Source of the DNA: Bacteroidota bacterium
Lineage (GTDB): Bacteria > Bacteroidota > Bacteroidia > Flavobacteriales > Weeksellaceae
Direction: 5' to 3'
Length of the DNA stretch: 38,022 nt
Assembly: GCA_023420435.1 (NCBI GenBank)
Contig: JAEZWE010000084.1
Span: 1 to 38,022, forward strand
In this document: one piece after another, positions 25,238 through 32,959 of the stretch
Layout of the letters: each line of letters begins with the position of its first letter
How positions within the stretch are numbered: the stretch's first letter is position 1
Made by a program: the position numbers and the translations under genes
Notes under the pieces: generated by a model
Told to the model about the DNA's origin: nothing
Seen by the model: the letters and a program-made list of their open reading frames with translations, nothing else
Database searches by the model: none

Positions 25238-26248
25238 ATGGAAGTTCAAAAAAACACCGAAAGAAACAAATTCAAATTCCAAAGAAATGTTGCCATTGTT
25301 GGAATCATCCTTTTCATTGCAAAAATTTTGGCTTGGAACATCACCAATTCTGATGCGGTTTTTTCTGATGCCATGGAAAGCATTGTCAATATTATTGCCG
25401 CTTTTTTAGGACTTTATTCTCTTTATTTGGCTGCAAAACCAAAGGATTTGGATCATCCTTATGGACATGGAAAAGCCGAATTTATAACTTCCGGTGTTGA
25501 AGGAGCATTGATCATTTTTGCAGGAATTATGATCATTATTGAAGCTTCAGATTCGCTTCTTCACGGAAATCAGTTAAAAGAACTTGATTACGGTATTTTG
25601 ATTGTGGCTATAACTGCTATTATTAATTTTTATCTTGGTTTCATATCCGTAAAAAAAGGAAAAAAAGAAAACTCTGCGGTTCTAATTTCTTCAGGAAAAC
25701 ATTTACAAAGTGATACCATTACCACAGCAGGCGTTGTTTTGAGTTTGATTTTGGTTTATTTCACTAAAATTTATTGGATCGATTCCTTTGTAGCCTTAGG
25801 TTTTGGCGGTTATATTATGTTTGTCGGTTACAAAATAATACGCAGTTCTTTAAGCGGAATTATGGACGAAGCCGATTTAGAAATGCTTTCCCGACTTGCA
25901 AAATTTCTAAATGAAAACCGAAAACCGGAATGGATTGATCTTCACAATACAAGAATTCAGCAGCATGGAAGCCGACTTCACATCGATGCACATCTCACTT
26001 TGCCTTGGTATTTTGAACTTCGAGAAGCCCATGAGCAAATGGAAGAAATGATAAAACTTATTGCAAAAAATACAGACAGAAAAGTGGAGTTCAACTTTCA
26101 TATGGACGATTGTAAACCTTTTTCTTGCGAAATTTGTCAAATTTCAGATTGTAAAGTGCGACAAAACTTATTTGTAAAAAAAATCAACTGGAACGTGAAA
26201 AACATTGCCCAAATTGACAAACATAATGTATCAACAAAAGATAATTAA
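25238..26248 (+). CDS. cation diffusion facilitator (CDF) metal efflux transporter
   Basis: Start at ATG 25238. TM region with SDAMESIVN...DHPYGHGKAEF. Cytoplasmic domain, then an extra Cys-rich tail. Confidence 0.9.
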   Translation: MEVQKNTERNKFKFQRNVAIVGIILFIAKILAWNITNSDAVFSDAMESIVNIIAAFLGLYSLYLAAKPKDLDHPYGHGKAEFITSGVEGALIIFAGIMIIIEASDSLLHGNQLKELDYGILIVAITAIINFYLGFISVKKGKKENSAVLISSGKHLQSDTITTAGVVLSLILVYFTKIYWIDSFVALGFGGYIMFVGYKIIRSSLSGIMDEADLEMLSRLAKFLNENRKPEWIDLHNTRIQQHGSRLHIDAHLTLPWYFELREAHEQMEEMIKLIAKNTDRKVEFNFHMDDCKPFSCEICQISDCKVRQNLFVKKINWNVKNIAQIDKHNVSTKDN

Positions 26249-26682
26249 ATCTTTTCATATTGCTTTGCCATAGCTCTTCTATAGTAAAACAGTGGAATAA
26301 TCAGCAATAAAATCAAAGGTTGAATGACAAATCTTCTGATATAAAATGAAAAAAGATAACCAATTTCAAATTGGGTAGAAACGCAATAAAAATAAATGGG
26401 AAAAGTAATTAGGAATACAATTCCAATTAAAACGACAGCTTGTACTGTCCATTTCTTATTTAAAAATAGCGCTTGAACAATAACTGCTGAGAAAAAAAGA
26501 TTCAGAAAAAATCTAAAAAAATGGCTTAAAATCAATTTTCCCCATTCAAAATCCGGAAAAACAGCTCCTTTACTTGCCTGATGAAAAAAATCAATAAAAG
26601 GATCATAAAAAGCTTGCTCTTCAACGACTCTTACACCAATTAATCCGCAGATTCCGAAAAGAAACAAAAACCATCTAAGCAT
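26245..26682 (-). CDS. exosortase F system-associated membrane protein (putative)
   Basis: 145 aa multi-TM protein. Its start overlaps the xrtF-like stop by 8 nt (ATGCTTAG). FYDPF motif near the N-terminus. Family assignment comes from context and memory. Confidence 0.6.
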   Translation of the reverse strand: MLRWFLFLFGICGLIGVRVVEEQAFYDPFIDFFHQASKGAVFPDFEWGKLILSHFFRFFLNLFFSAVIVQALFLNKKWTVQAVVLIGIVFLITFPIYFYCVSTQFEIGYLFSFYIRRFVIQPLILLLIIPLFYYRRAMAKQYEKI

Positions 26683-27208
26683 TTTTACTTTTCTTTAAAG
26701 CAAAATAATTAATCCAAACCAACCACAAAACGACGACGCTTCCATAAATTATTGCCGGGAAAATATAATCGTGAAACATTTTTCCTTCCGGTGGATAAAA
26801 GTAAAGCACCCAATTTAATCCAGCAATGCGTAAAACATTCATTATGTGAAGTAAAACCAGTCCAGCAATAGCAAATACAAAAGTTTTTAAACCTTTATAA
26901 AAAGCAAAAATAAAAGCCAGAAAAAGAATCATCACCGAAATTGCGTTGCAACCTTCCACCATTCTGGAAACATATTTGTCAATAACGATGAACCTTGCAG
27001 CTTGTTGATTTTCCAAAATTTCAATTTTAGAAGAAATTCCAAAAAAATTTTGAACTGCAGTTACTTGTTCCCCAACAAAAACCGAAAAAGGATCCAGAGA
27101 AATTCTTCCAGTTCTATCCAAATAAACCTGATACAGAAAAACCATCACAAGATAAATGATGACAAACCTCAAAAGTATTTTCAGAATAGGTTTAAAGTCG
27201 TTGAACAT
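26675..27208 (-). CDS. xrtF: exosortase family protein XrtF (putative)
   Basis: Start set at ATG 27208 (MFNDFKPILKILLRFVIIYLV...). Polytopic membrane protein with the exosortase-type residues MVEGCNAIS (Cys), NVLRIAGL (Arg) and MFHDYIFP (His). Confidence 0.75.
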   Translation of the reverse strand: MFNDFKPILKILLRFVIIYLVMVFLYQVYLDRTGRISLDPFSVFVGEQVTAVQNFFGISSKIEILENQQAARFIVIDKYVSRMVEGCNAISVMILFLAFIFAFYKGLKTFVFAIAGLVLLHIMNVLRIAGLNWVLYFYPPEGKMFHDYIFPAIIYGSVVVLWLVWINYFALKKSKNA

Positions 27209-27212
27209 AGCG

Positions 27213-27220
27213 CAAATATA
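27213..27220 (-). promoter_or_regulatory. -7 box TATATTTG, 4 nt before the xrtF ATG
   Basis: Minus strand reads tatatttg-cgct-ATG(27208). Confidence 0.5.
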
Positions 27221-27240
27221 GTAATTAACACTTAAATTGC

Positions 27241-27248
27241 TATATTTG
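27241..27248 (+). promoter_or_regulatory. -7 box TATATTTG for the amgK-like operon
   Basis: 16 nt upstream of TTG 27265. It forms a mirror image of the box at 27213-27220. Confidence 0.5.
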
Positions 27249-27264
27249 TAAAACACTCTTACCA

Positions 27265-28278
27265 TTGGAAAAAGCACAATTTTTTTTTGAAAATTATATA
27301 CAGGAAAAAGCAGAATCTTTTACTGCTTTACCTCAAAGTGGATCTGCAAGAATTAATTATATAGCAGAAACCTCCAAAGGAAAATTTGTAATCACCCAAA
27401 ATGAAAACATTCGGGAAAATGAAGCATTTTTTTATTTCTCTGAAGTTTTTTCTTCCTTAAATCTTAATACTCCAAAAATTTTTAAAATTTCTGAAGATCG
27501 TAAAACCTATATTCAGGAACATTTGGGTGAAAAAACTTTTTCAGAAATTATCGCTGAAGAAGGATTAAACAGCCGAACTGAAAATCTGGTAAAACAAACA
27601 TTAGATCAGCTTTATAACCTTCAAAAAGAAACCGAAGGTAAAATAGATTATTCCAAAACCTTTGAATATGAAAGTTATGATGAACTACCTATTTTAAACG
27701 ATCTTTTTTATTTTAAAAAAATGTTTGTCGACATTTTGGAAATTGAGTATCACAAATCTTCATTGCTTCAGGAATTCAAAAAAATTGTTGAAAAAATTGA
27801 AAATCTAGAACCTAAAGGTTTAATGATTCGGGATTTTCAATCCAGAAATATTCTTGTGAACAGAGAGGATAAGGTATTTTTCATCGATTATCAGAGCGCG
27901 ATGAAAGGACCTTTAATGTATGATGTCATTTCATTTTTACATCAGGCTAAAGCCAATTTTCCAAAATTTTTCAAAGATGAAATGACGCAGTATTATCTTT
28001 CAAAACATTCTGAAGAAAACCAAATTCAACTAAAAAACTCGGTGGAAATTCTTCAGCTTATTCGTTATCTTCAAGTTCTTGGAGCGTATGGTTTTAGGGG
28101 GTTAATTCAGCGTAAACCACATTTTATTTCCAGCATTCAGCAAGGCATGGAAAATCTCATTGAATTTTCAAAAAATTGGGACGAAATGCAAAAATATTCT
28201 GAGCTTCAGAAAATAATCAACGTTCTAGGAAAGGAGGAAACCAAAATAAAAATTCAACAAATTTTAAATACAAAATAA
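27265..28278 (+). CDS. APH-fold sugar kinase, AmgK-like (anomeric MurNAc/GlcNAc kinase candidate)
   Basis: 337 aa. LPQSGSARINYIA, IRDFQSRNILV (Brenner-type catalytic loop) and IDYQSAMKGPLMYDVISFL correspond to the AmgK-family HRDxHSRNL / DFQDA..GP..YDL.SLL motifs. TTG start is forced: the next in-frame ATG is about 150 codons in. Confidence 0.7.
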   Translation: MEKAQFFFENYIQEKAESFTALPQSGSARINYIAETSKGKFVITQNENIRENEAFFYFSEVFSSLNLNTPKIFKISEDRKTYIQEHLGEKTFSEIIAEEGLNSRTENLVKQTLDQLYNLQKETEGKIDYSKTFEYESYDELPILNDLFYFKKMFVDILEIEYHKSSLLQEFKKIVEKIENLEPKGLMIRDFQSRNILVNREDKVFFIDYQSAMKGPLMYDVISFLHQAKANFPKFFKDEMTQYYLSKHSEENQIQLKNSVEILQLIRYLQVLGAYGFRGLIQRKPHFISSIQQGMENLIEFSKNWDEMQKYSELQKIINVLGKEETKIKIQQILNTK

Positions 28279-28287
28279 ATTTTCGAA

Positions 28288-28689
28288 ATGTTATACATTG
28301 AAATTCATAGTTTCTCGTACAAAAAGGGAGGTATTCCAAAAGATAATTCCGGAAACGGAGGTGGGTTTGCTTTCGATTGTCGCGGAATTTTAAACCCGGG
28401 AAGAATTGATGAGTATAAAGCACAAACCGGAAAAGATCAACCTGTACAAGAATTTTTGGAAAACAATACGGAAATGCCGAGATTTCTTGATCTTATAAAA
28501 AATTTGGTTTCTATTACGATCGATGATTATTTAGCCCGCAATTTCGAAAATCTACAAATCAATTTCGGTTGTACCGGCGGACAACATCGCTCTGTTTATT
28601 CTGCCGAAAAAATAGCAGAATTTATCCGCGAAAAATATCCTCAAACAAAAGTGACGGTAAACCATGACGAACAGCCCCAACTAAATTAA
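28288..28689 (+). CDS. stand-alone RapZ C-terminal-domain protein (no P-loop N-domain)
   Basis: 133 aa. HSFSYKKGGIP, FDCRGILNPGR, TGKDQPVQEFLENNTEMPRFL and NFGCTGGQHRSVYSAEKIAEFI match the C-terminal half of RapZ/YhbJ as I recall it (GCTGGKHRSV core). Confidence 0.75.
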   Translation: MLYIEIHSFSYKKGGIPKDNSGNGGGFAFDCRGILNPGRIDEYKAQTGKDQPVQEFLENNTEMPRFLDLIKNLVSITIDDYLARNFENLQINFGCTGGQHRSVYSAEKIAEFIREKYPQTKVTVNHDEQPQLN

Positions 28690-28703
28690 AAATTTTCAAA
28701 AAA

Positions 28704-29417
28704 ATGAAGGCTCTTATTTTTGCAGCAGGAAAAGGAACCCGCTTAAAACCTTTTACCGATCATCATCCAAAAGCTTTGGCTCCGGTAAATGGAATTCCGC
28801 TGCTTCAAAGAAATATTGAATATTTAAAATCTTACGGAATTTCTGATTTTGTGATCAACATCCATCATTTTGGAGATCAAATTGTAGATTTCCTGAAGAA
28901 AAATGAAAATTTCGGATGCAAAATCGAGATTTCTGATGAAAAAAAAGAACTCTTGGAAACGGGTGGTGGTTTGGTTTTTGCAAAAAAATTTTTAGAAAAA
29001 GAAGATGATTTCCTCATTATGAATGCCGATATTTTAACCGACTTGAACATTCATGATTTTGTAGAATTTCATAAAACCAAAGAAGATATCGTCACTTTAG
29101 CTGTTTCTGACCGTAAAAGTTCAAGAAAACTTCTTTTTAATGAAGAAATGATTCTAAGAGGATGGCTGAATGTAGAAACTGGAGAACAAAGATTAGCGGA
29201 ATTTAATAAAGGTTTTAATGCTTTAGCTTTTAGCGGAATACACTGTATTAATTCTTCCATATTCAAAAAAATTAAAAGAACAGGCAAGTTTTCCATTATG
29301 GAAGAGTATTTAGATTTAATGCATTCCGAAAAAATTCACGGTTATAAACACCAAGCCCATTTAATAGATGTGGGCAAACCGGAATCTGTAAAGAAAGCTG
29401 AAGAATATTTTAAATAA
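28704..29417 (+). CDS. sugar-1-phosphate nucleotidylyltransferase, MurU-like
   Basis: MKALIFAAGKGTRLKPFTDHHPKALAPVNG (G-x-G-T-R-x signature), ETGGG, NADILTD. 237 aa. Resembles MurNAc-alpha-1-P uridylyltransferase. Confidence 0.75.
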   Translation: MKALIFAAGKGTRLKPFTDHHPKALAPVNGIPLLQRNIEYLKSYGISDFVINIHHFGDQIVDFLKKNENFGCKIEISDEKKELLETGGGLVFAKKFLEKEDDFLIMNADILTDLNIHDFVEFHKTKEDIVTLAVSDRKSSRKLLFNEEMILRGWLNVETGEQRLAEFNKGFNALAFSGIHCINSSIFKKIKRTGKFSIMEEYLDLMHSEKIHGYKHQAHLIDVGKPESVKKAEEYFK

Positions 29418-29425
29418 AAAAAACA

Positions 29426-30184
29426 ATGAGTAAAATAAAACGTGGAAAAGGCCTCACCAAAGTAATTGCTGGAAACGAATTTGAAATTGACCAAAAAATT
29501 CAAAGTCATTTTGCTGAAAAAACCTGGGACGAAACGATTACCAAAGACAGCTGGATGGTTTTCAAAATTATGGCGGAACTGGTGGATGGTTACGAAAAAA
29601 TGGCGAAAATTGGTCCTTGTGTTTCGATTTTTGGATCTGCAAGACTGAAAGAAGATGATAAATATTACAAAATGGCTGTAGAAATTGCGGAAAAAATTAC
29701 AGAAATTGGTTTCGGAATTATCACCGGTGGTGGTCCCGGAATTATGGAAGCCGGAAACAGAGGCGCAAGAAATGCCGGTGGAAAATCAATCGGTTTGAAT
29801 ATTGAACTGCCTTTTGAGCAACATTTTAATCCGTATATCGACAAGAATTTTTCTCTGGATTTTAATTACTTTTTTGTAAGGAAAGTAATGTTTGTAAAAT
29901 ATTCGCAAGGTTTTATTGTAATGCCTGGTGGTTTTGGAACTTTAGATGAACTTTCTGAAGCGATCACTTTAATACAAACCCAAAAAATTGCCCGATTTCC
30001 TATTGTTTTGGTAGGTTCAGAATTTTGGTCTGGATTAATTGATTGGTTTAAAAATACGTTATTAAAGAATGGAATGATCTCCGAAGAAGATTTGAATCTT
30101 TACCGTATCGTAGATACCGCAGATGAAGCTGCAGCGCATATTAAGGCGTTTTATGATAAATACTCCATCAACGTCAATTTCTAG
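29426..30184 (+). CDS. LOG-family (TIGR00730) nucleotide 5'-monophosphate phosphoribohydrolase
   Basis: GGGPGIMEAGNRGA and PGGFGTLDEL signature motifs. 252 aa. Confidence 0.9.
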   Translation: MSKIKRGKGLTKVIAGNEFEIDQKIQSHFAEKTWDETITKDSWMVFKIMAELVDGYEKMAKIGPCVSIFGSARLKEDDKYYKMAVEIAEKITEIGFGIITGGGPGIMEAGNRGARNAGGKSIGLNIELPFEQHFNPYIDKNFSLDFNYFFVRKVMFVKYSQGFIVMPGGFGTLDELSEAITLIQTQKIARFPIVLVGSEFWSGLIDWFKNTLLKNGMISEEDLNLYRIVDTADEAAAHIKAFYDKYSINVNF

Positions 30185-30214
30185 CTTGGCATATAATTTG
30201 AGATTACTAATTCG

Positions 30215-30222
30215 TATATTTG
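30215..30222 (+). promoter_or_regulatory. -7 box TATATTTG
   Basis: 21 nt upstream of ATG 30244. Confidence 0.45.
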
Positions 30223-30243
30223 ATTTAATATATTATAAACAAG

Positions 30244-30714
30244 ATGAAAAATTTTTTAAAAATATTCGGGATTTTAACAGTTTTTGTGATGATGAGCTTT
30301 GTTGGAGCGGATTTTTATTCGTCGATGACTAAAGTAGATTATATAGAAGGAAGTAAAACTCTTAAATTCACCACCAAAATGAACACAGATCATATTTCTG
30401 ATGCCATAAAAATTAATCCCAACACTGCAGCTTTTGAAGCTGAAGTAAAGAAATATGTTAATAATAATTTTGATGTTTACATTAACGGAAGCTCAAAAAC
30501 GCTAACATTTACAGGAAGCCAAGTAAAAGGAGAAACGGTTTGGGTTTATTTTGAAGCTAATGGGATTTCAGATATAAATTCTATAAAAATTAAAAACACT
30601 ATTCTTTTAAGCGCTTTTCCAAAACAATTTAATTTGGTAAATATCGCCTACAAAGGACAACAAAAAACAATGAATTTCCAAAGAGGAAAAGAAGTGAATG
30701 AAGTGAGTTTTTAA
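30244..30714 (+). CDS. small secreted hypothetical protein (DUF6702-like?)
   Basis: Signal peptide MKNFLKIFGILTVFVMMSFVGA. 156 aa. Family assignment is tentative and from memory. Confidence 0.5.
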   Translation: MKNFLKIFGILTVFVMMSFVGADFYSSMTKVDYIEGSKTLKFTTKMNTDHISDAIKINPNTAAFEAEVKKYVNNNFDVYINGSSKTLTFTGSQVKGETVWVYFEANGISDINSIKIKNTILLSAFPKQFNLVNIAYKGQQKTMNFQRGKEVNEVSF

Positions 30715-30730
30715 TTTCATTTAAAAATTT

Positions 30731-30763
30731 AAAAAAAAGCAACAGAAATTCTGTTGCTTTTTT
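30731..30763 (+). terminator. rho-independent terminator
   Basis: aaaaaaaagcaacag / aaatt / ctgttgctttttt. Confidence 0.75.
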
Positions 30764-30776
30764 AGTAACCAATAAA

Positions 30777-30805
30777 GAAAGACCGTCATTACTGACGGTC
30801 TTTTC
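30777..30805 (-). terminator. rho-independent terminator for the minus-strand TBDT-lipoprotein operon
   Basis: aaagaccgtca / ttac / tgacggtcttt; on the minus strand it is followed by tttctttatt. Confidence 0.65.
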
Positions 30806-30825
30806 ATTTTATCATTAAAGCAATA

Positions 30826-32940
30826 TTAATTACTTCCTTTTACTTTTACATTATCAATTTCCCATGTTGTAGCCGCTGATGAAGTAGAAGTATATTTGAA
30901 CGCAATTCTGATGGATTTATTTACAAAAGCATTCAAACTTAAATTTCCGGAATTTGTCCATGAATTGAACGCATTAAGATTGGTATCCAACGTTGGTGTT
31001 AACTGTACCCAAGTTGTTGTAGCTGCAGAACCTGTATAGTTTTCTGTAACATACACTTCTAAAGCATTACCGTTATATCTTCCATCAGAATCAAAACTCA
31101 TACTTGCTGAAGAAAGTCCATTCAAATTAATCGGTTTTGAAACCAACCAGTCTTCATTCACATTATTTCCTCCTTGATATCCGTTCATTACCGCACATGG
31201 GGCAGGATTTCCAAAATTTTGAATATTCCAAACTTGTGTTCCTGTAACATTTTCTGCAGTCCAATTATCGGTTAAACTTCCTGAGAAAGTTTCTGTAAAA
31301 ATAGTTGCCGGAGGAATCGTTCCATCACATCTTGCATTATCGAAATCGGCATGAATTTGTTTAGGAATCCAAAGTTGATATGTTCCGTTGAAAATACTCA
31401 AAATTGCATAAACATCACCTTTTCCACCATCAACTTCACTTCCGGCAAATGTGGCAAAATTGCTTGTTCTAAGGATAATGGTATTTCCGTTACAGTCTTT
31501 TAAAGTTCTGTTGGTTGCGGCAGTTCCTGCGTATGGTTTTCCTAAATCTGCATCAATAAATTCAACATTTTTGATTTTGATCCATCTTCCTACATCTCCT
31601 GCCGTAAGTTGAGTAATGGTTCTTTCGGTAGGAACAACTGCTGTTGCCGGCATATTGCTATCGAAGAAATGTTTGTAAACATCACCTTCCACAACTTGTC
31701 CGATATTTCCATTAAAAGGTTGTCCCAATTGAGTTTCTCCGCCTGAATTTCCTACAGAAAGACCTTTAAGTTTGATATAAACTTCTTTTCCTACTTTAAA
31801 TCTGCTGTCAAGATATAAGTTAAGTTTATTAACATTCACACGAATACCGCCTGTAGCATCTTCCACATAAACATATTTGTAAAGATTTCCGGTTTCATCA
31901 TTGGCTGTTACTTTGGCTTTCAAAAGGAAATCTCCTTGAATAAGATTTGTAGTAGTACCAGGTGTAAACGAAGAAGGATTATAAAGGGCTTTTACGTCTG
32001 CAACGGTTTTCACGGTAAGTGAAGTTGGATCTAAAGTACAAGGATTTGTAGTAAGACCATCCAATCTTGGGAAAGTATTCATATCAAGATCTGAAAGTCT
32101 GTTGATATACATTTGGTAAGTACTATTGAATTTACTGAAAATTCCCACAAATTTTCCATTTCCAGAAGGTAAAATTTGGTTAGCAAAAGAAGCAAAACCA
32201 CTGTTTCTTACCACCGCAGTTCTTGTATAATTTCCTGTTGTAGTATTGTAACCTTCTGCCCCAATTTGTCTGTCCACCGAAGTTCCATCCGGAGCATATG
32301 TATTACAAAGCGCAAGTTTGGTAAATTCAACATTATCAACCTGGATTAAAGCTCCCAAAAGATTTTGATTGGCCGCAAATTCTGAAATCTTCAAAACTTT
32401 AGGTACCATTTGTACTTTTTCGGAACATGATCTAATAATATGTTTTGAAACCATATTTTCAGGAATACGAGAAACCGCATCTGCTCCAGTTGCAGCTCCA
32501 TCTTTAATACCTAATTGCACTAAACCACCATAAGTTCCAATAGCAAGATCATTTAATTTGATATAAATTTTCTTTCCTTGAGGAAAGGTTGTATAAGTAC
32601 TAACTGCATCAATACTGATGGTAAAACCATGTGTTGGATTTGTTGGACTGTCCTGAATATAAATGGTTTTATAAATATTTCCTGTTTCATCAGAAGAGGA
32701 AACATAACCTTCTAAAATTTTCTCAGAAGTGGGATCATTAGGATCAACAGATGGGAAAATATAAGTGGTGGAACCATGTAAAGCCTTTACTTGTGCAATG
32801 GTCATATTGGCTGTAAGATCCTGGCACTCATAATTTGCCAAATTGGGTTCTTCGTACTTGTCATCATGAACGCAACCTACTACCAATAATGCAGCAAAAA
32901 AAGCGTATAATAAATTAATAAATGAATTGTATTTTTTCAT
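30826..32940 (-). CDS. large surface lipoprotein with an internally duplicated module and a C-terminal beta-sandwich domain (DUF5689-like x2 + choice-of-anchor-J-like)
   Basis: 704 aa. Lipobox LLVVGC (Cys23) followed by VHDD. Two homologous modules (aa 39-287 and 301-534). C-terminal domain FTETFSG..NWT..WLVSKPINL...WEIDNVKV. Domain names are from memory. Confidence 0.7.
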   Translation of the reverse strand: MKKYNSFINLLYAFFAALLVVGCVHDDKYEEPNLANYECQDLTANMTIAQVKALHGSTTYIFPSVDPNDPTSEKILEGYVSSSDETGNIYKTIYIQDSPTNPTHGFTISIDAVSTYTTFPQGKKIYIKLNDLAIGTYGGLVQLGIKDGAATGADAVSRIPENMVSKHIIRSCSEKVQMVPKVLKISEFAANQNLLGALIQVDNVEFTKLALCNTYAPDGTSVDRQIGAEGYNTTTGNYTRTAVVRNSGFASFANQILPSGNGKFVGIFSKFNSTYQMYINRLSDLDMNTFPRLDGLTTNPCTLDPTSLTVKTVADVKALYNPSSFTPGTTTNLIQGDFLLKAKVTANDETGNLYKYVYVEDATGGIRVNVNKLNLYLDSRFKVGKEVYIKLKGLSVGNSGGETQLGQPFNGNIGQVVEGDVYKHFFDSNMPATAVVPTERTITQLTAGDVGRWIKIKNVEFIDADLGKPYAGTAATNRTLKDCNGNTIILRTSNFATFAGSEVDGGKGDVYAILSIFNGTYQLWIPKQIHADFDNARCDGTIPPATIFTETFSGSLTDNWTAENVTGTQVWNIQNFGNPAPCAVMNGYQGGNNVNEDWLVSKPINLNGLSSASMSFDSDGRYNGNALEVYVTENYTGSAATTTWVQLTPTLDTNLNAFNSWTNSGNLSLNAFVNKSIRIAFKYTSTSSAATTWEIDNVKVKGSN
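31339..32826 (-). repeat. protein-level tandem duplication (two modules of about 240 aa) within the lipoprotein gene
   Basis: Matched strings: TIAQVKALH/TVADVKALY; ILEGYVSSSDETGNIYKTIYIQD/LLKAKVTANDETGNLYKYVYVED; GKKIYIKLNDLAIGTYGGLVQLG/GKEVYIKLKGLSVGNSGGETQLG; IQVDNVEF/IKIKNVEF; VVRNSGFASFA...FVGIFSKFNSTYQMYI/ILRTSNFATFA...VYAILSIFNGTYQLWI. Confidence 0.8.
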
Positions 32941-32959
32941 TTTTTGAAATTTTTTCTAA

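Noticed and set aside
8691-30184. GH3-family and LOG-family genes considered as a linked 'plant-hormone-like' (auxin/cytokinin) module.
   Set aside because: The genes are about 19 kb apart in unrelated transcription units. Both families are widespread in bacteria with non-hormonal roles.
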